Shown here: piece after piece, positions 1 to 13,460 of the stretch
How positions within the stretch are numbered: the stretch's first letter is position 1
Layout: each line of letters starts with the position of its first letter
Assembly: GCA_030141605.1 (NCBI GenBank)
Contig: JAQGDQ010000264.1
Coordinates: 62,001 to 126,000, forward strand
Direction: 5' to 3'
Source of the DNA: Tubiluchus corallicola
Lineage: Eukaryota > Animalia > Priapulida
Length of the DNA stretch: 64,000 bases
Position numbers and translations under genes: made by a program
Notes under the pieces: generated by a model
The model's database searches: none
The model's input: only the letters and a program-made list of their open reading frames with translations
What the model was told of the DNA's origin: nothing

Positions 1-1554
1 CCATCATGGTTAGTAAAGATGTTCACATCTTGTGCCATCTCTTTTGAGCTGTTAAGGCATTAAAATGACTTTTTTGTTTAAGCGTTAGATGACTGTTCAG
101 TCCTTTTCTTGATAAACAAGTATGATTATTGAGATGACAGAGAACACAGAGATGACTATTTTGTAATACCACCAGGATAAAAAGGAAAATAGGAAGATTT
201 TTCCTATCCTATCCCATTTTGAAGTACAGTAAAAATATACATTTTAGCACCTACAAGAATGCCAAGGTGTTTCTGATAATTAAATATTAGGTTAAAAATT
301 TAATTTGCAGCCAGCGAGCCCAGTTAGTGCTGAGATCACAACTGAATATTATTTTTGTAATGGCACATGTTCACAAAAACGAATAATGAAATACCGTGCT
401 ACTGTGCAATATTGAATGTGATACATAAAAACTCTCCATAAACTTATGTTTAAACATTTAAATTTCAACTGTGTTAATATATGAGTTTTAAATGTGTATA
501 ATGTTACAATGAACTGTGTACTTGTGATTAGGTACTTGTCTATTTTTTGTGCACAGCATTTCTGAGATGCCGGTACCACTGTGCTAGTGTCCATCTAACT
601 GGAATGCAGAACACGTGCAACCGCGAAACACTAACTGAGCAAAGACTGAATTACATTTCTACAGTAATTTATGCAAAAATTCTTAAAAAAACATCAACAT
701 TTCTCAATATATACATCAAAACCGTCAACCATCAAAAACCCATCAGCCATCAGTAGGTTTTCTTTGAGTATTTTGTAGGTTAGATTATTCCGAGATTCTG
801 AGCTACAGAAAAAAATAGGTCTTGTTCCCTTTTAACCCTTTCACTACGTAGTTGCTTTTTAACAGGGCCGCATTGGCTTTTGCACATTTGGCAACTTCTT
901 GTGGTGTGTTACTAAAGCAGAAGCTTGTAAATAAATAAATGGCCATTTGTTATTGAACACAAATATTGTATATTCGTTTTATTTATACACATACAAATAC
1001 ATCCGCGCACACATATATGCACTCACGAGTACACACACGCGCATAACTATCAGCAAGCAATTTTGCATGAGAACGTACTATACAGTACAATATTATGGAA
1101 CGCACCTGGCTTCAGACGCTGATTGGCCGGTAAGCGTTACTTGTTGCAAAGCAACCCCAATCCTGTGGCTGTTAAACTTTTCTACAATGTTTTTGCATTG
1201 CTGTGACAGTGAAATAAACTGACCTGGGTAATTGCGCTTAAGGCTGAGCTCGGGCGGCAGTCTGCCACCTTCTGTAGTCGAGTAAACTGATGATAAACTG
1301 ATGATATACATTTTCTTTCTTTGCTGTCGAGTAATCACACATATTTAATCGTTTATACTGCTGAAATCATTCTAAGATCATTCTGACTCAGTTCTACATT
1401 GTTTAAAAAGACATATTGCTTTATAATGAACTTGGTATTACATCTGAACTGTGCGTGTATTATACTAAGTAGATTGGACTAATCTAATTTAATCTATTAT
1501 ATTAAATAACTATAATTTATATCACAGTTGCATGATGCAAGTGTTTTATTATAG

Positions 1555-1780
1555 TTTAGTTCATGGAAATGTCAGGCACAAGCTGGCTTGGCGTATTCCA
1601 GCAAATGAAGTAGAATTTGAGCAAGTGCTGCCTCTCTTAGCTAACGGATTGTGTGAAGCAAAGCATCCATATAACTTTGTTGCAAAGAATGGATTTGTTG
1701 AACTACTTGCTGTAAAAGATGCAAAAACCAAAGTGGCACCTCTACTTGCCCATCTAGTGCAACCACTTAAACTATCACTA
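1555..1780 (+). CDS. PACRGL: PACRG-like protein, internal exon (upstream exons not found, probably before the window)
   Basis: AG at 1553-1554, GTGAGT at 1781. Encodes LVHGNVRHKLAW...LANGLCEAKHPYNFVAKNGFVELL...PLKLSL, matching the ParcG-domain pattern of PACRGL (LVHGSVKHRLQW...EGLRETKHPY). Confidence 0.88.
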
Positions 1781-2030
1781 GTGAGTATATATTTGCTTTT
1801 TTTATAGATGTAAGATAATTATTTAGTGAAAATAATGCTCAGCCCTTTTCTCTAATAGTACTTCTTTTGCACTACAAAATGCTGCAAGCTATTGGTATTT
1901 TAAAATTCATACTTCTTTGTGAATTTACATACATATTACATGTATTATGCCACTAATAATGTTAAATGTGTGTAAATAAGAACCAAGATAATAATAATAA
2001 CAATGATAATAATAATAATAAAACTTATTA

Positions 2031-3190
2031 CAGTAGATGCCACTTAAAATACTCACGGTTAGTAGACTCAATCGCTTAATTGACTCAACAATGCCATGTG
2101 CCGCTTCTATTCTAATGTATATAAAAACTGTCGATTATTGACTCAAATAGCTCCGCATAATTGACTCAATATTTTTCCGTTGCATACTTAAATTTAGACA
2201 TTTGTATGTGCCCAAAGAGCCTTTCCTACTTTTATGTCATCTATACTTCCCTTTTGTGCACTATGTATACAGAAACAATCAACTTAAGTACCGTTTTGTT
2301 TGTAAGCAGGTACGTTTATCATGCATTAATACACGAGCCTAGCAGTTTTGCTTTGAATCTGTCACCCGCTTGTCCACTGCAATTAATCTTGTTACCAAAG
2401 AATTTCTGGAAGCTAAACATTTAATCACTTGCCTAGCGGTTTCCTTTTGATGCTCTAGTTGAAAATCACCTTTTCAGGCTTAATCAGTTAACAGTCAAAA
2501 ATACAGGTACAGTAATCAGCCAGTATTCCTTGTGACATACAAGAGTAAGCATCATACAGCCAATAAGAGCATGGAGTTAAGAAGTTTGAAAAATGGAGCA
2601 TAAGGGTAAAGATCTAACAGTTGAAGCGAAACTGAAAATCTTAGAGCAGTACGATAAACTTCCAAAGATAGGACAGAGGTGTGCAGCAGCGCAGTTGAAA
2701 ATTTCCCAAAGTACTCTCAGGAGAATTTTGAAAACACTTGAAGGAAACAAGGGCACCACCAACTGCAGTTCAAGCACGCCAAGCGCTAAATGTTTTACGT
2801 GAATACGTGTGTCACACAGCAACAGATTTTCAATGTTTTTATAATTGTGAGAACTTTGTGAGTCATCTTCTTTGTGAGAAAATGAAGCAGGCCACTTTGA
2901 AGGAATTTTTGTAATTTTTGCAAATAAACCGACTTGTGTGATTTAGAAAAGTATACTTTTTAATTTATTGCTAATTCACTTATATAAATTAACATTTTAA
3001 AATGTTTTTTTTTTATTTTTTACTGTACAAATGAATTTAGGCATTACTTTGTTTCTAAAATTCATTAAAATCCTTTGCATTGCATACTAAGCTGGTGACT
3101 CATACTTCTATACCAGTAATACTACACCCATCAGTTAATTGGGTCAAAACACTTCAGTCCCAAAGTGAGTCTATTAAGCGGTACCTACTG
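2031..3190 (+). mobile_element. Non-autonomous pogo/Tigger-like (Tc1/mariner) element with a transposase N-terminal HTH fragment (ORF 2593-2802)
   Basis: Imperfect TIRs (cagtagatgccacttaaaatactcac / gtgagtctattaagcggtacctactg) with TA on both sides. The internal ORF KDLTVEAKLKILE...QRCAAAQLKISQSTLRRILK resembles the CENP-B/pogo HTH_psq domain. Confidence 0.75.
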
Positions 3191-3583
3191 TACATACACT
3201 CATTGTTCAAAATAGAAGCCAGAAAAGAGGCAAAAAGAAAGACAAAACGAAAATAAAAAAGAGGGAGTTAAGGGGGAGGATGTCACAAGAAAAAAGGAGA
3301 GGAGGGATGACTGGGGAAGGGACTGTTGCAGTCTTTCATTATGGCATGTGTTTATCTAATTGTGTCATTAAATGGCAAAACTGTGTTGATTTGCATGTAA
3401 GAATGAATGGCATTACGAAAATGCAAAGTACTGAACCTCAACTATCACATGCAGGCTCTGTCTCTATACTAGTTACTACTCATTTCTCATAGGTACTCAG
3501 CTAAACCTAGCAGCTATTTGTAATCAGTGTAAAGAGAGGGCACTACAGTTGCCTAAACTGGACACTGACTGGTTTTCTTTTAG

Positions 3584-3691
3584 ATTCACAAAGATGATAC
3601 TGTATTTCAAGGTGGTGTAGAAGCACTGACATCTCTTAGCCTGTGTGTTGGACAAACACTGAATGCTCATCTAAAGTATTTACTTGTACCA
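3584..3691 (+). CDS. PACRGL: PACRG-like protein, internal exon (108 nt)
   Basis: ttttcttttag acceptor, GTAAGT donor. IHKDDTVFQGGVEALTSLSLCVGQTLNAHLKYLLVP is in frame with the previous exon. Confidence 0.88.
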
Positions 3692-4464
3692 GTAAGTGAG
3701 AGAAGCCTAACTAAACTGTTTATAATGTCATAAAGTTCAAACAATTAATTGTAGCTCCTGTTTACAGTGAAGAGTTTATTTAGAGTGAATGTGTGATTCA
3801 AAACATTTGCTATAAAGTTTGTCAATAGCAAACTCTATTAATATCCATTAAACTTGTTGAAAAAATTGCTATATTTTCACTGCAGCCTAAATTCTAGCAC
3901 TAAACAATGGGGTATACAGTCAAGGAGGCACCAGGAGGTGCAGTAAACTGACAGAGGTTCCGATGTATAGACATTCTATCCACATCAGCTGCAAGCAGTA
4001 TGGCAGATCATATCACACAGAGGCAATCTTCTTGGCAGTCAGTCATCTATTTACTGACAAGACTTTGCATTGCTTAATTGTCCCGATGCTATCTGATGGT
4101 GCCTGATAGTTTCCTCTCACAGCGTTCAGTGCAAAATTGCACAATTATTTCAAAACCCCTTTGTCTTAGTGCCTGGTTATGTGGTGCCCAGTTGTATATA
4201 TGGTGCACTAACTGAATGGTGCCCAATTATCTAATACCCTGTTATCCTAGTATTCCTTACATCTCTTGTCAGGAAGAATTTTAAAAATTGTTTTCATTAC
4301 ACATTAAATACAAAATGTTGTTTGTTAGTCTTTATTGCCGTGTAGTTAAGGAGCTGATGATTGCTTTACCAAATTTCTAAAACGTATGTGGATGAATTAG
4401 CTAATCAACAGATGATCAGTCGTCATCAAGCTCAGGAGGCTAACCTGTCTTTGCTGTTTTATAG

Positions 4465-4545
4465 TTGTCCAAGCGAATGATGAAGAGAAACTGCAGAGAT
4501 ACTGTTAGCTCTGCACTTACAGTACTGGAAAGAGAGGGTGGAAAG
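4465..4545 (+). CDS. PACRGL: PACRG-like protein, internal exon (81 nt)
   Basis: tgttttatag acceptor, GTATGT donor. Encodes LSKRMMKRNCRDTVSSALTVLEREGGK. Confidence 0.87.
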
Positions 4546-4740
4546 GTATGTACATATCGTTATGATTGTTGATCACCATAATTGCTAAGCTTATAGCCAG
4601 GCATTAATGAAAATTCTCCTGCTGATACAGTCAAATTGTGTTCACCTTCATTGCTTATAATGGATGGCTGCTTTTAACAAATACACTTCATAAAAAATTA
4701 GAAAAACAGATTCTATAAAGTATTTATTCATTTTTTGTAG

Positions 4741-4794
4741 GAAGCTTTAACGATGATCAAAGCCTCAATTCCTACTTACTCATCAATATCATAG
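4741..4794 (+). CDS. PACRGL: PACRG-like protein, last coding exon
   Basis: ttttttgtag acceptor. EALTMIKASIPTYSSIS-TAG carries the IPTY C-terminal motif of PACRG/PACRGL. Confidence 0.87.
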   Translation, partial: EALTMIKASIPTYSSIS

Positions 4795-4900
4795 CATCTA
4801 GATGTTTTGAGGAGCAAAAACTCGGTAGCATCACAGAACTATGAAGCAATGATTGTTGAGTAATCTTAAATTTTCTTGCACAATAGACATTAAAGGAAAG

Positions 4901-4991
4901 CAGGACCATTTTAAGACCATTCTTCATTTTGACTATCATCTTAAATACAGGACCATTTTAAGATCATTCTTCATTTTGATTATAGTCTTAA
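4901..4991. repeat. ~47-bp tandem repeat (two units; a third, diverged unit resumes at ~5802-5862)
   Basis: caggaccattttaagaccattcttcattttgactatcatcttaaata is repeated. Confidence 0.75.
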
Positions 4992-5801
4992 CACTTAGCT
5001 GACTAAGGGATTTTTATATTACAATAAAAATCAAACGGGGTAAAAAATTACCCCATGAAAATTTTGCTTAATATGTGCTACTAACTGGATAGAATAACCA
5101 ACTAGCAATCGAGGTGCCCCTAGTAGTGCAAAATCAAGTTCTGGGTCAAGTTGTCATAGACATATGGGATAGGAAGCATACAAAGAGGCGTACTATCATT
5201 GCATTATATTGCTTATGCTATATTATTTTTGCGTGTTTATCAAGTTTTGTGACATAATAGACTAATGACGTTCATTGTTTACTTCTGAGACATCCACTTC
5301 GTCTTTAATTGCTGGATCATGTAAAATTTCATTTTCATCAGCTTCAACCTTAACCACCTGTTAGCAAAACTTCCCACCAAACGACTAAATGAAAAATGTC
5401 CACAAAATTTAATTTGAAATTTCTTCAGCAGATTGTTAGAAAAACCACTTTGCAGATTTGCAGGCTACAGTTCTGAGGTTTGCACCACTTCTTAGTTGTC
5501 AAGTTAAACAAGTTATGGTGCTGCCAGAAAGAAAAATACTGCTATGTAACCTCCAAAATTTTGCCTACGTATAAGACCAAGAGGGGTAATAAGTTATCCC
5601 ACGTCGGGTAGTATTCGGCACCCGTGCTTTGTAAAAAAGCATGAATAATAGTTTTCAACAGAAGCAAGATATGGTTGCATAGCAAATTGAAAAATATTTA
5701 ATCACTACTAGTTTGATCATTTTTCATTGTATGCATCAATATAAAAAATGTGGGCAAACACAGCTAGGGTAATTTGTTACCCCACCTTGGTAGGCTAAGG
5801 A
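4992..5801. mobile_element. piggyBac-like non-autonomous element
   Basis: TTAA on both sides (4988-4991, 5802-5805). Degenerate TIRs cacttagctgactaagg / ccttggtaggctaagga. Internal gggta...tacccc palindromes. Confidence 0.55.
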
Positions 5802-8532
5802 TTAAATACTGGATCAATTTAATAATTTAAAGCCATTCTTCATTTTGACTATCATCTTAAATATAAATTTCGTTACCTATAATAATTACCAAATTCTTCT
5901 GATAATTAAGTATTAGCTAAAATTAACAGTCATGGAGGTATAAAGCATTTCTTTTACCTGCAACAGAGAAACTTGAAACCAGGTACTTCTGCATGGCATT
6001 GACAATAAAATACAAAGACTCAGCAAATCTTAAGTACTACTAGGATACTTCAAGTTTTTTGTCAATGGACAAATTCATGAATTTTTGAGGCTGTCCTGAT
6101 GTCATAAGTGAGATATGTTAATATAATATTTTTTAATGTAAATCACTCTTAAAAATATTTTATATCTTGTACCTTTCATTATTTTGAGCTATGGTTTAAT
6201 GTTCTCCTTTAAATTTTATTATTTACGTGTTATTAAGCTTGTTTGATGTGTATGTGTGTTTTGGATGAAGGCTTTTTTAATCTTTTCTATTGTATGGGTT
6301 TCTTAATAGTGAAGTTTTTGTCCAAAGTTTGCAATAAGAATTTTTTTAACTTGCATTCTTGTAGAAAAGCATGTTTTGCTGTAAATAACATAGTTTTGTA
6401 TTCTGAAAATATCATAGTTTGCTTAGCTTGCCATAGTAAATACTAATGCTATGCTCAGTACGTTGCATAACATATTCACTTATAAACGTTTTTCTTTGGC
6501 ATCAAAATAATAGAAACTTGTATTTATGAACAGAAATGTTTGTCACTCATTGCACACTTTAGATTCCTGTTGTAACTTTCAAATACATCATAATTTCTGT
6601 AATATCATGGTTATAGCTTGACAGTGCTCAAATTAGTTCTTTTTTTATTTTGTCATCCTGCTTCAAATTAATACACTGCTTGGTTTTGATGTGTTTTGAC
6701 TTAAAAAATGTTCCTCAACAGTTATAAGTATATTAAAATCTTGTTGTATTTTATAACATTTCACTGTATTTTAAAATATCTTATTGTTGGTTCAGCTATT
6801 GTATATAATTCATTATTAATTAAGGCATTTTTAATGTAAAAACTGATAATATCAGCTTTTCTCGCCTTGCCCGGAGATTAACATAACTTTTGCAACTACT
6901 TGTGTAATAGGAAGTCCTTAAAAGTCAAGTTTGTGTTTTTCTTTCTTATTGCCATTGTAGTATTTTTATGGCCTATGTATCATTTCAAACTGTGATAAAT
7001 AAGATCCGTCCACAATCATTTTTACACATTGTACTTTTTACATTATTTGCTGTACACATTTACAAGTGGATACTCATTTATGCTACATTCCTTGTAATAA
7101 CACAGTAGACAGATTAACTGATATTAAAGAATCGTTTTTTATTGTTGTGATAATTGGAAAAAAACTGCTTGTTTGCTGTAACAATTGTGATTTATTTGTT
7201 TCATTTGTCCAGTTTGTTTGCATTTCATATGCTAATGAACATCACATTTTACTAATCAGCCACTAAAGAGTTAAATCATTCAAGAAAAATGTGTTTTAAA
7301 AACACGGCTTTTACTAATAAAATAATAACTTTACCAGGTAACAACGAGAGTGCTGTAAACAGTGTTGGTAATAGTGTCTATACTTTGCATAACGTAATTT
7401 GCAATAATAATTTGCATAATTTGCATGAAAGGAAACTTTATATAAACCAGTATACCCAAGTGAAATTTTCTTCAGTTTTCATCAACTATGCTTCAAATGC
7501 TGAAATAATACTTAAACGTAATTGCTTAGATTTAGTCAGTACTCTCTGATGACAGCATTGTTAGTTAACTTCATTGACATTTTCACTAGAACAAAGATTT
7601 GAAAGCCGTTTCATGTTGAGGGCAATGAAAAATCTTAGCATTCAAAATTCCAGCAATTTTTGTAGAAGTGGGACAAACGAGGATCAATGGGGTCCAAATT
7701 TCAAAAATGCCGAAATCCTAACAAAATGGATATTATCAAATGATTCGCCTAGTAACACTGAATAAAAAATATATAGTTTGACCTATCTCTAACCTTTCGT
7801 TAGGTCACTATGACTGTAAATTTGATAAAGTCAATGCATTTTTGGACAAAGGTCATATTTATCCTTAGCCTTAGGAGTCATTGATTCAATGTATCTAGTC
7901 ACACATTTTTTGATATTGACAAATTCAACTGAACAACTTTAGAAAATCAAAAGGCAATCTTAAGCCTGAAATTACAATTTCGAACAAAAAATCACCATAA
8001 TAAGTCACGCTGCATAATTGCACGATGTGCATGCTTTGATACTTGAGTTGTTCACAGTTTGTATGAGCTCTACTCACTGCCAGATTCACTAAAATCAGAT
8101 AAATCTCCATAGTTACCCATAGCCTATCCACACGCACGCACTCACGCACACTCACACACACAGGCCTCCGAGTTTCATAGCAACAACCATTCAAACATCA
8201 CACGATTCACATCCTCTTGTACGATCCAAATTAATGTTAAAAATTTGATGTTTGCGCAGCAAAGTTAGCATGATTTGCATACATTTGCCTTGAAAGAACA
8301 TCGGGTCTGTTCCACGTCAAGAATCTGACTTAACATTTTTTATTTGAACAAAAGAACCATGATGATGATACAAGTACAAGGAAAAAATACAGAAACGAAA
8401 AACAATAAAGTGTATCTTTATTATACAGAGTATTATAAAAACCTCGCTTTGTGGTGCAGCTCCATTATAGATACTTTCCACAAATTGTTATTTACTTTAC
8501 TTAAAAACTTACTCACCATTTTCAAGTTCGTT

Positions 8533-8907
8533 TGACGAGTGAGTCACAAGGAAGCCTAGTACGTGTGACATATGGATCACTAGCAAGCCCAGCAGGTGTG
8601 ACGAGCAGGTCACCGGGAAGTTCAGTACGTGTGACATATGGATCACTAGCAAGCCCAGCAGGTGTGACGAGCAGGTCACCAGGAAGTTCAGTACGTGTGA
8701 CATATGGATCACTAGCAAGCCCAGCAGGTGTGACGAGCAGGTCACCGGGAAGTTCAGTACGTGTGACACATGGATCACTAGCAAGCCCAGCAGGTGTGAC
8801 GAGCAGGTCACCGGGAAGTTCAGTACGTGTGACGTATGGATCACTAACAAGCCCAGCAGGTGTGACGAGCGGGTCACCAGGAAGTCCAGTACGTGTGACG
8901 TATGGTT
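8533..8907. repeat. 66-bp minisatellite (~5.7 copies) built from two related 33-bp halves
   Basis: Unit gtacgtgtgacatatggatcactagcaagcccagcaggtgtgacgagcaggtcaccgggaagttca recurs at 8559, 8625 and onward. Confidence 0.92.
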
Positions 8908-9463
8908 CCAAAGCCCAAAAGTGTGACCTGTACAAAATCTAGAAATTACCACATTCTGAATCCTTGGGCTCTGTGGTTGCTGGTGACTGTTTAAACGCCA
9001 AACAGAACAAGCCTGTTCCCGTCCTCTCACGACGTATCGTCCAAATGTTTCAGCATTAATACGAGGGCTAGATAACCCCTCAAGGGTAGATTGCTCTTTA
9101 TGTTTTGTGATTTGCCAGATGCTTGCCAAGTTCAATCATAAAGCTTCAATCACGCTTGTAAAACGTTAACAGTTTGGTTTCACTGTTATTACAACTACGC
9201 ATCTTAACGGCGAGAACCCGACGGCAGAACAATATAGAGCAAAACCCGATTAATACTCGCGGGGTTTGTTAGCAATCAGCTTTGCTTTCGGGGTTCGTTT
9301 AATAATTCGTCATTTATTATTTATTTATTACCATTATTGATAATAATAAAATCAATATTAATAAAACAAAACTAAAGGACCAGCAAATGGAAAGATGTGT
9401 GGGAAATTGTAAACATTAGCCCAGTAAATAAAATCGCTTTCATATCATACTTGAAACCAAGTC

Positions 9464-10202
9464 CAGGGCCGAATTAAGGTGTGTTGGTGGCCTAAGCACA
9501 CCAAAAACCTGGTGTGCCGGCTCTATCCTTTGCCCCGCGGCTTAAAGCTATTATTATGACATAATTATGCGACATCCATGTATAAGACAAACTGCATTGC
9601 TCTGTATAGGATTCATGCTGCTTATTTCTTTATTGGCTTCAAAATGAAATTTTAATTAAATCAGCTACAAGAAAGGGTACGATGTCGACCAAAAGCAAAA
9701 AATTAATCGATCTCTTATCTCTTGTAACCCACATTTTAAATTTTGTAAGGATTTTATGGTTTTCAACATACTGTAACGTAGAGTGGATAGCGCTAATACG
9801 CATGTCACGGCGTACTTGTGAAAACAAATGTAAAAAACAGTAGTAAAAGTGAAATTATAGAATTAAGTAACTCGCCGGTCATCTAATCCATTCTGCTCCA
9901 TGTTAGTTGTCATTACGGAGCAGGTACTGAGGTGGAAAACGCATCTGCCCATCAGCCCATTGAACCGACGAGGCCATTCCATACCGACGGTTTTATGCCT
10001 GGTATTCAACGCCAGCAATGGCTTCGTATGGACGAGACAACCACAATGTAGAGGGGTGGGTCGAAAAAAATGGCATTTCGCCCCCGTAACAATAATCTAT
10101 TTAAATTTTATCAGTTTTCAATTTTTTTGCAAGCTTGGTTCCCCCCTGAGGCTTGTTGCTCTAACCACGCGCTTAGTCGGTTCATGCATTAATCCGGCCC
10201 TG
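9464..10202. mobile_element. hAT-like MITE
   Basis: TIRs cagggccgaatta / taatccggccctg match at 12/13. The flanking 8-mers accaagtc / accaaacc (6/8) fit a decayed 8-bp TSD. Confidence 0.65.
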
Positions 10203-12608
10203 ACCAAACCTCTTACTTGAAAATTGAAAATTGAAGACATTCAGATCTTATCTTTAGCTGAAGTACGACATATTTGTTTCAGATGTCTTAGAACAACGAA
10301 TTATCAGTAAATCATCAAGCAAACCAAAAAATTATTTTTTATGTTGCTACATTGCTTTGTAGTCTGCTCCCTGACCCCCCTTTGTAAGCAACTTGTAAGT
10401 CGAGAACCGGATGCAACTGCCCAGGACGCCTAATATTGAAGCTTGCCTTTTTCTTGACCTCTCTACATAGCTGAAGGTATCGTTTTAATCGGCCCGTCAC
10501 GTGCATGTATGCTTTACGTACCTTAACCTTTTTTATCAATAAACTGCCATATAAACAGAAAAAACTGTAACAGGCGGAACTTCTATTTGTACACAGGTAC
10601 ATCTGGTACATCACGTGTATGAGGACAACCTTGAACTTAAGTTTGCTGCTTAGGTCTAATTAGGAGCACGCCCTAAGAATTAATTGTAGTATTTAATTAA
10701 GATAACGATATACAAATGCATAATGATCAACAACTTCTTTTAAATAACAAGTTTTTAATTTCGGACGAATCTGATAGCGGCAAAGCAAAATTTAAACAGT
10801 CGAATAATCTATTTTAAGAATATCATTCTGTTTATCGTCATCGTCATTGCTGTTGGCTCCCCCAAACTTAGGTAACTCAAAAGCAATTTTGGTTTTGACG
10901 GAGATGGTTTCATTCACAAGACCGCTGGAATTATCTGTAATGGAAATTCCTCCTTTGATACATTTTTTCGTTGAATTGAACTGATTTTGCCCATGCAAAT
11001 AGCCGCATTGTTATCAAAACTTTGTTATATTGTAGCTGACAGGCGGTTACTGGTTCATCTTTTATTTTGTTTATTATACAGTCGGAGGACGAAATCGCAT
11101 GAATTTACCGGGAGAAATTATTTATTTACAGAGATTAGCCTGCATTATTGACTCGTCTTGTGCACGTGCGATTCTGCACGTGTATGCTGACGTTCAGGTG
11201 AACTTAACATTGGGTTATTTTTATCCCAAGTGCAGCTGAACCTCACGTAATCTGCAAAGCTGTGCTAAAGAAAGCTCACATAAAGCTTTTAGCTCCACAA
11301 AACACACCTTCAAAAGTTTTAAAGAGTCATAACCTTACGTTGTTGAATGAAATGAGAGTTTTGAAAGATGTGGCTATTTTGTGCTAATTTATTCTACTAA
11401 CATTTATACTTATAACGCTACGTTGCTTATCAGGTAAAATCAACATTACAAACCTTATACAGGCGCGTTCTCAGTGTATGTTCAGTGTGTTACTTTATTG
11501 TGATATTAGTTCATTAAGATAGTGACTATCCATTTTCCCGAAACCCTTTAGCAGAAGTAGCGATACCATTACAAGCAAAAACAGGAACAACTATTAACGA
11601 CGAGGTTGCACCCAAAAATGGATAATACTATAAAATTGGAAAAACAATACGTCAACATACATTTTCTATTTATTATGAACAATAAGGAAATGCTTAGCTT
11701 GATAAATAGTGAATAAAGTATTTCACTGCTTGCACAAATGAAATTACCTTTTCGACAATAACAATAGTTTCATTTATTGGACAATTTATTTTGCCTTTTG
11801 CACATTAGGACTTATTTTTTACACTTGGTATTATTACCTTTTGCATAATGAGATCACCTTTTGCACAAACGATGTTACTTTTGGTAAAATTGAAATTAGA
11901 AATTTTCATTAGAAACTACCTTTCGCACATTTAAAACTGCTTTGTGCACAATTGAATAGCTGGTGGTTATAAAGTTTTAAACACTTTTTGCAGTTATAAA
12001 ATCAAACAGTTATAATATGAAATTTTGGAATTTCCGTCTTAGAAAAAAATTGATCTATAGACTCCGATACGGAATAATTAAAAATGGGCAAGGTAGTTGG
12101 CAAGCTGCCAATAGTTGCAGGCGATTTGGCAGACGTTGAAGTTTCTCTTCTTGGTACCCGCTACATGATTGTTTACTAACTCTTACTGGCGTAGCTGGTC
12201 AAATGTGAAATTATATAAAGGCTATGCTCAGGGATAAGACTACATTCCGCTTTTTTCGAACAGTTAAGATTGTGTTCTTTTACAGATAATTGATTTTAAC
12301 TACAAGATTTTTCTCAGCCACGTGGCCGCAAAGTCTTTTAAAAGAGTAGAGATGAGTAGAGCAGTTTGCGAATAATTGCATAATAACGATAAACAGCCCT
12401 TCATCTACATCTGCCCTGATAATCAGAAACGTGAGATTGACAGGGGAAGTCACGTGAATCTCCGTCCATCACTGATATAAAATAACTCGTGTCTTCAAAT
12501 TCGCTGACAAAATTGATCAATTGGTGCTTCACCAGAAGAAAGTTCAAATATATTATAGTGCTGATACCAGAACACAGACCGCGCAAATTTTACACACCAA
12601 AAATTGAC

Positions 12609-13460
12609 ATGAATCATCTAAGAAAGGTGTTGATGCTCGTCTTTCTTGTCAGACTCGCAGATTTCTCCAAAACTGGAAACATCTTGATCGCGTTGTCACC
12701 AATGGGAGGAAGCCGCTCTTTATTATTATCAGTATTAGGCGAAGAGTTACACAGACGGGGAAACAACATAACTTTTCTTACTAGTCGCCTGGTAAACCTT
12801 AATGTTCTACCTCGAGGAGATGGGATCACGTTCTTTGAGGTGGATCCGCCCGGCTCCGATGAAGCTCTGAAGGACTTTCACCGATTCTTCAAGAACATCT
12901 GGACAGAAACGGGTATGCCTCCCATGCCACAAGGTCTATTTGACTCTCTTGCTGCAGCGTGTGAGTACTTCATCTCTAATGATAATGAACCATTGCCCTT
13001 TCTACTGCAGCAGAACTTTGACATGGCCATTGTTGATGATTTCCTCAACTCTTGTGCCATTGTTGCTGTTGACAAACTTCTTCGGGTACCGTACATCTAC
13101 TTTACAGCAACACTCATGTCCACAAGTCTGGCTCTTGCCACCAGCAATCCGTTAGCAATTTCCTACTCTCCCATTCAGATGACAGCCAATACTGACCACA
13201 TGACATTTCTGCAGCGGATGAAGAATCTCATTTTTTTATTTATTAATAATCATTTCGGTTACAAGTTAACCCAGGAGCCAGTAGAAAGAGCTTTTCAGAG
13301 AATCCGTCCTGGCACGTCGTCGTCATTGGCGGATGCATCAAGAATGGCGGCCATAATTCTTCACAATGTAGACAGCGCCTTAGAATACCCAAGACCAAAT
13401 TTTCAGAATGTGATTCAAGTAGGAGGATTGCACTGCAAACCAGGAAGAAGGCTGTCAGAG
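12609..13460 (+). CDS. UDP-glycosyltransferase (UGT1/2-like, membrane-bound), exon 1; full CDS 12609-19302, 6 exons, 535 aa
   Basis: ATG 12609, then a signal peptide (MNHLRKVLMLVFLVRLADFS), EELHRRGNNITFL, FDMAIVD, MTFLQRMKN, LEYPRP..NVIQVGGLHCKP. Donor GT at 13461. Confidence 0.92.

Noticed and set aside
4792-4800. PACRGL stop context TAG-CAT-CTA as a readthrough signal
   Set aside because: It does not match CARYYA (third base is T) and has no other support.
8509-9135. Repetitive ORFs (208, 137 and 136 aa), or a CRISPR-like array
   Set aside because: They result from a 66-bp tandem repeat whose length is a multiple of 3. There are no unique spacers or cas genes, and the context is eukaryotic.
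12489-12608. 40-aa N-terminal extension of the UGT ORF from a GTG start
   Set aside because: ATG 12609 is directly followed by a signal peptide, so the extension reflects the ORF caller's alternative start.
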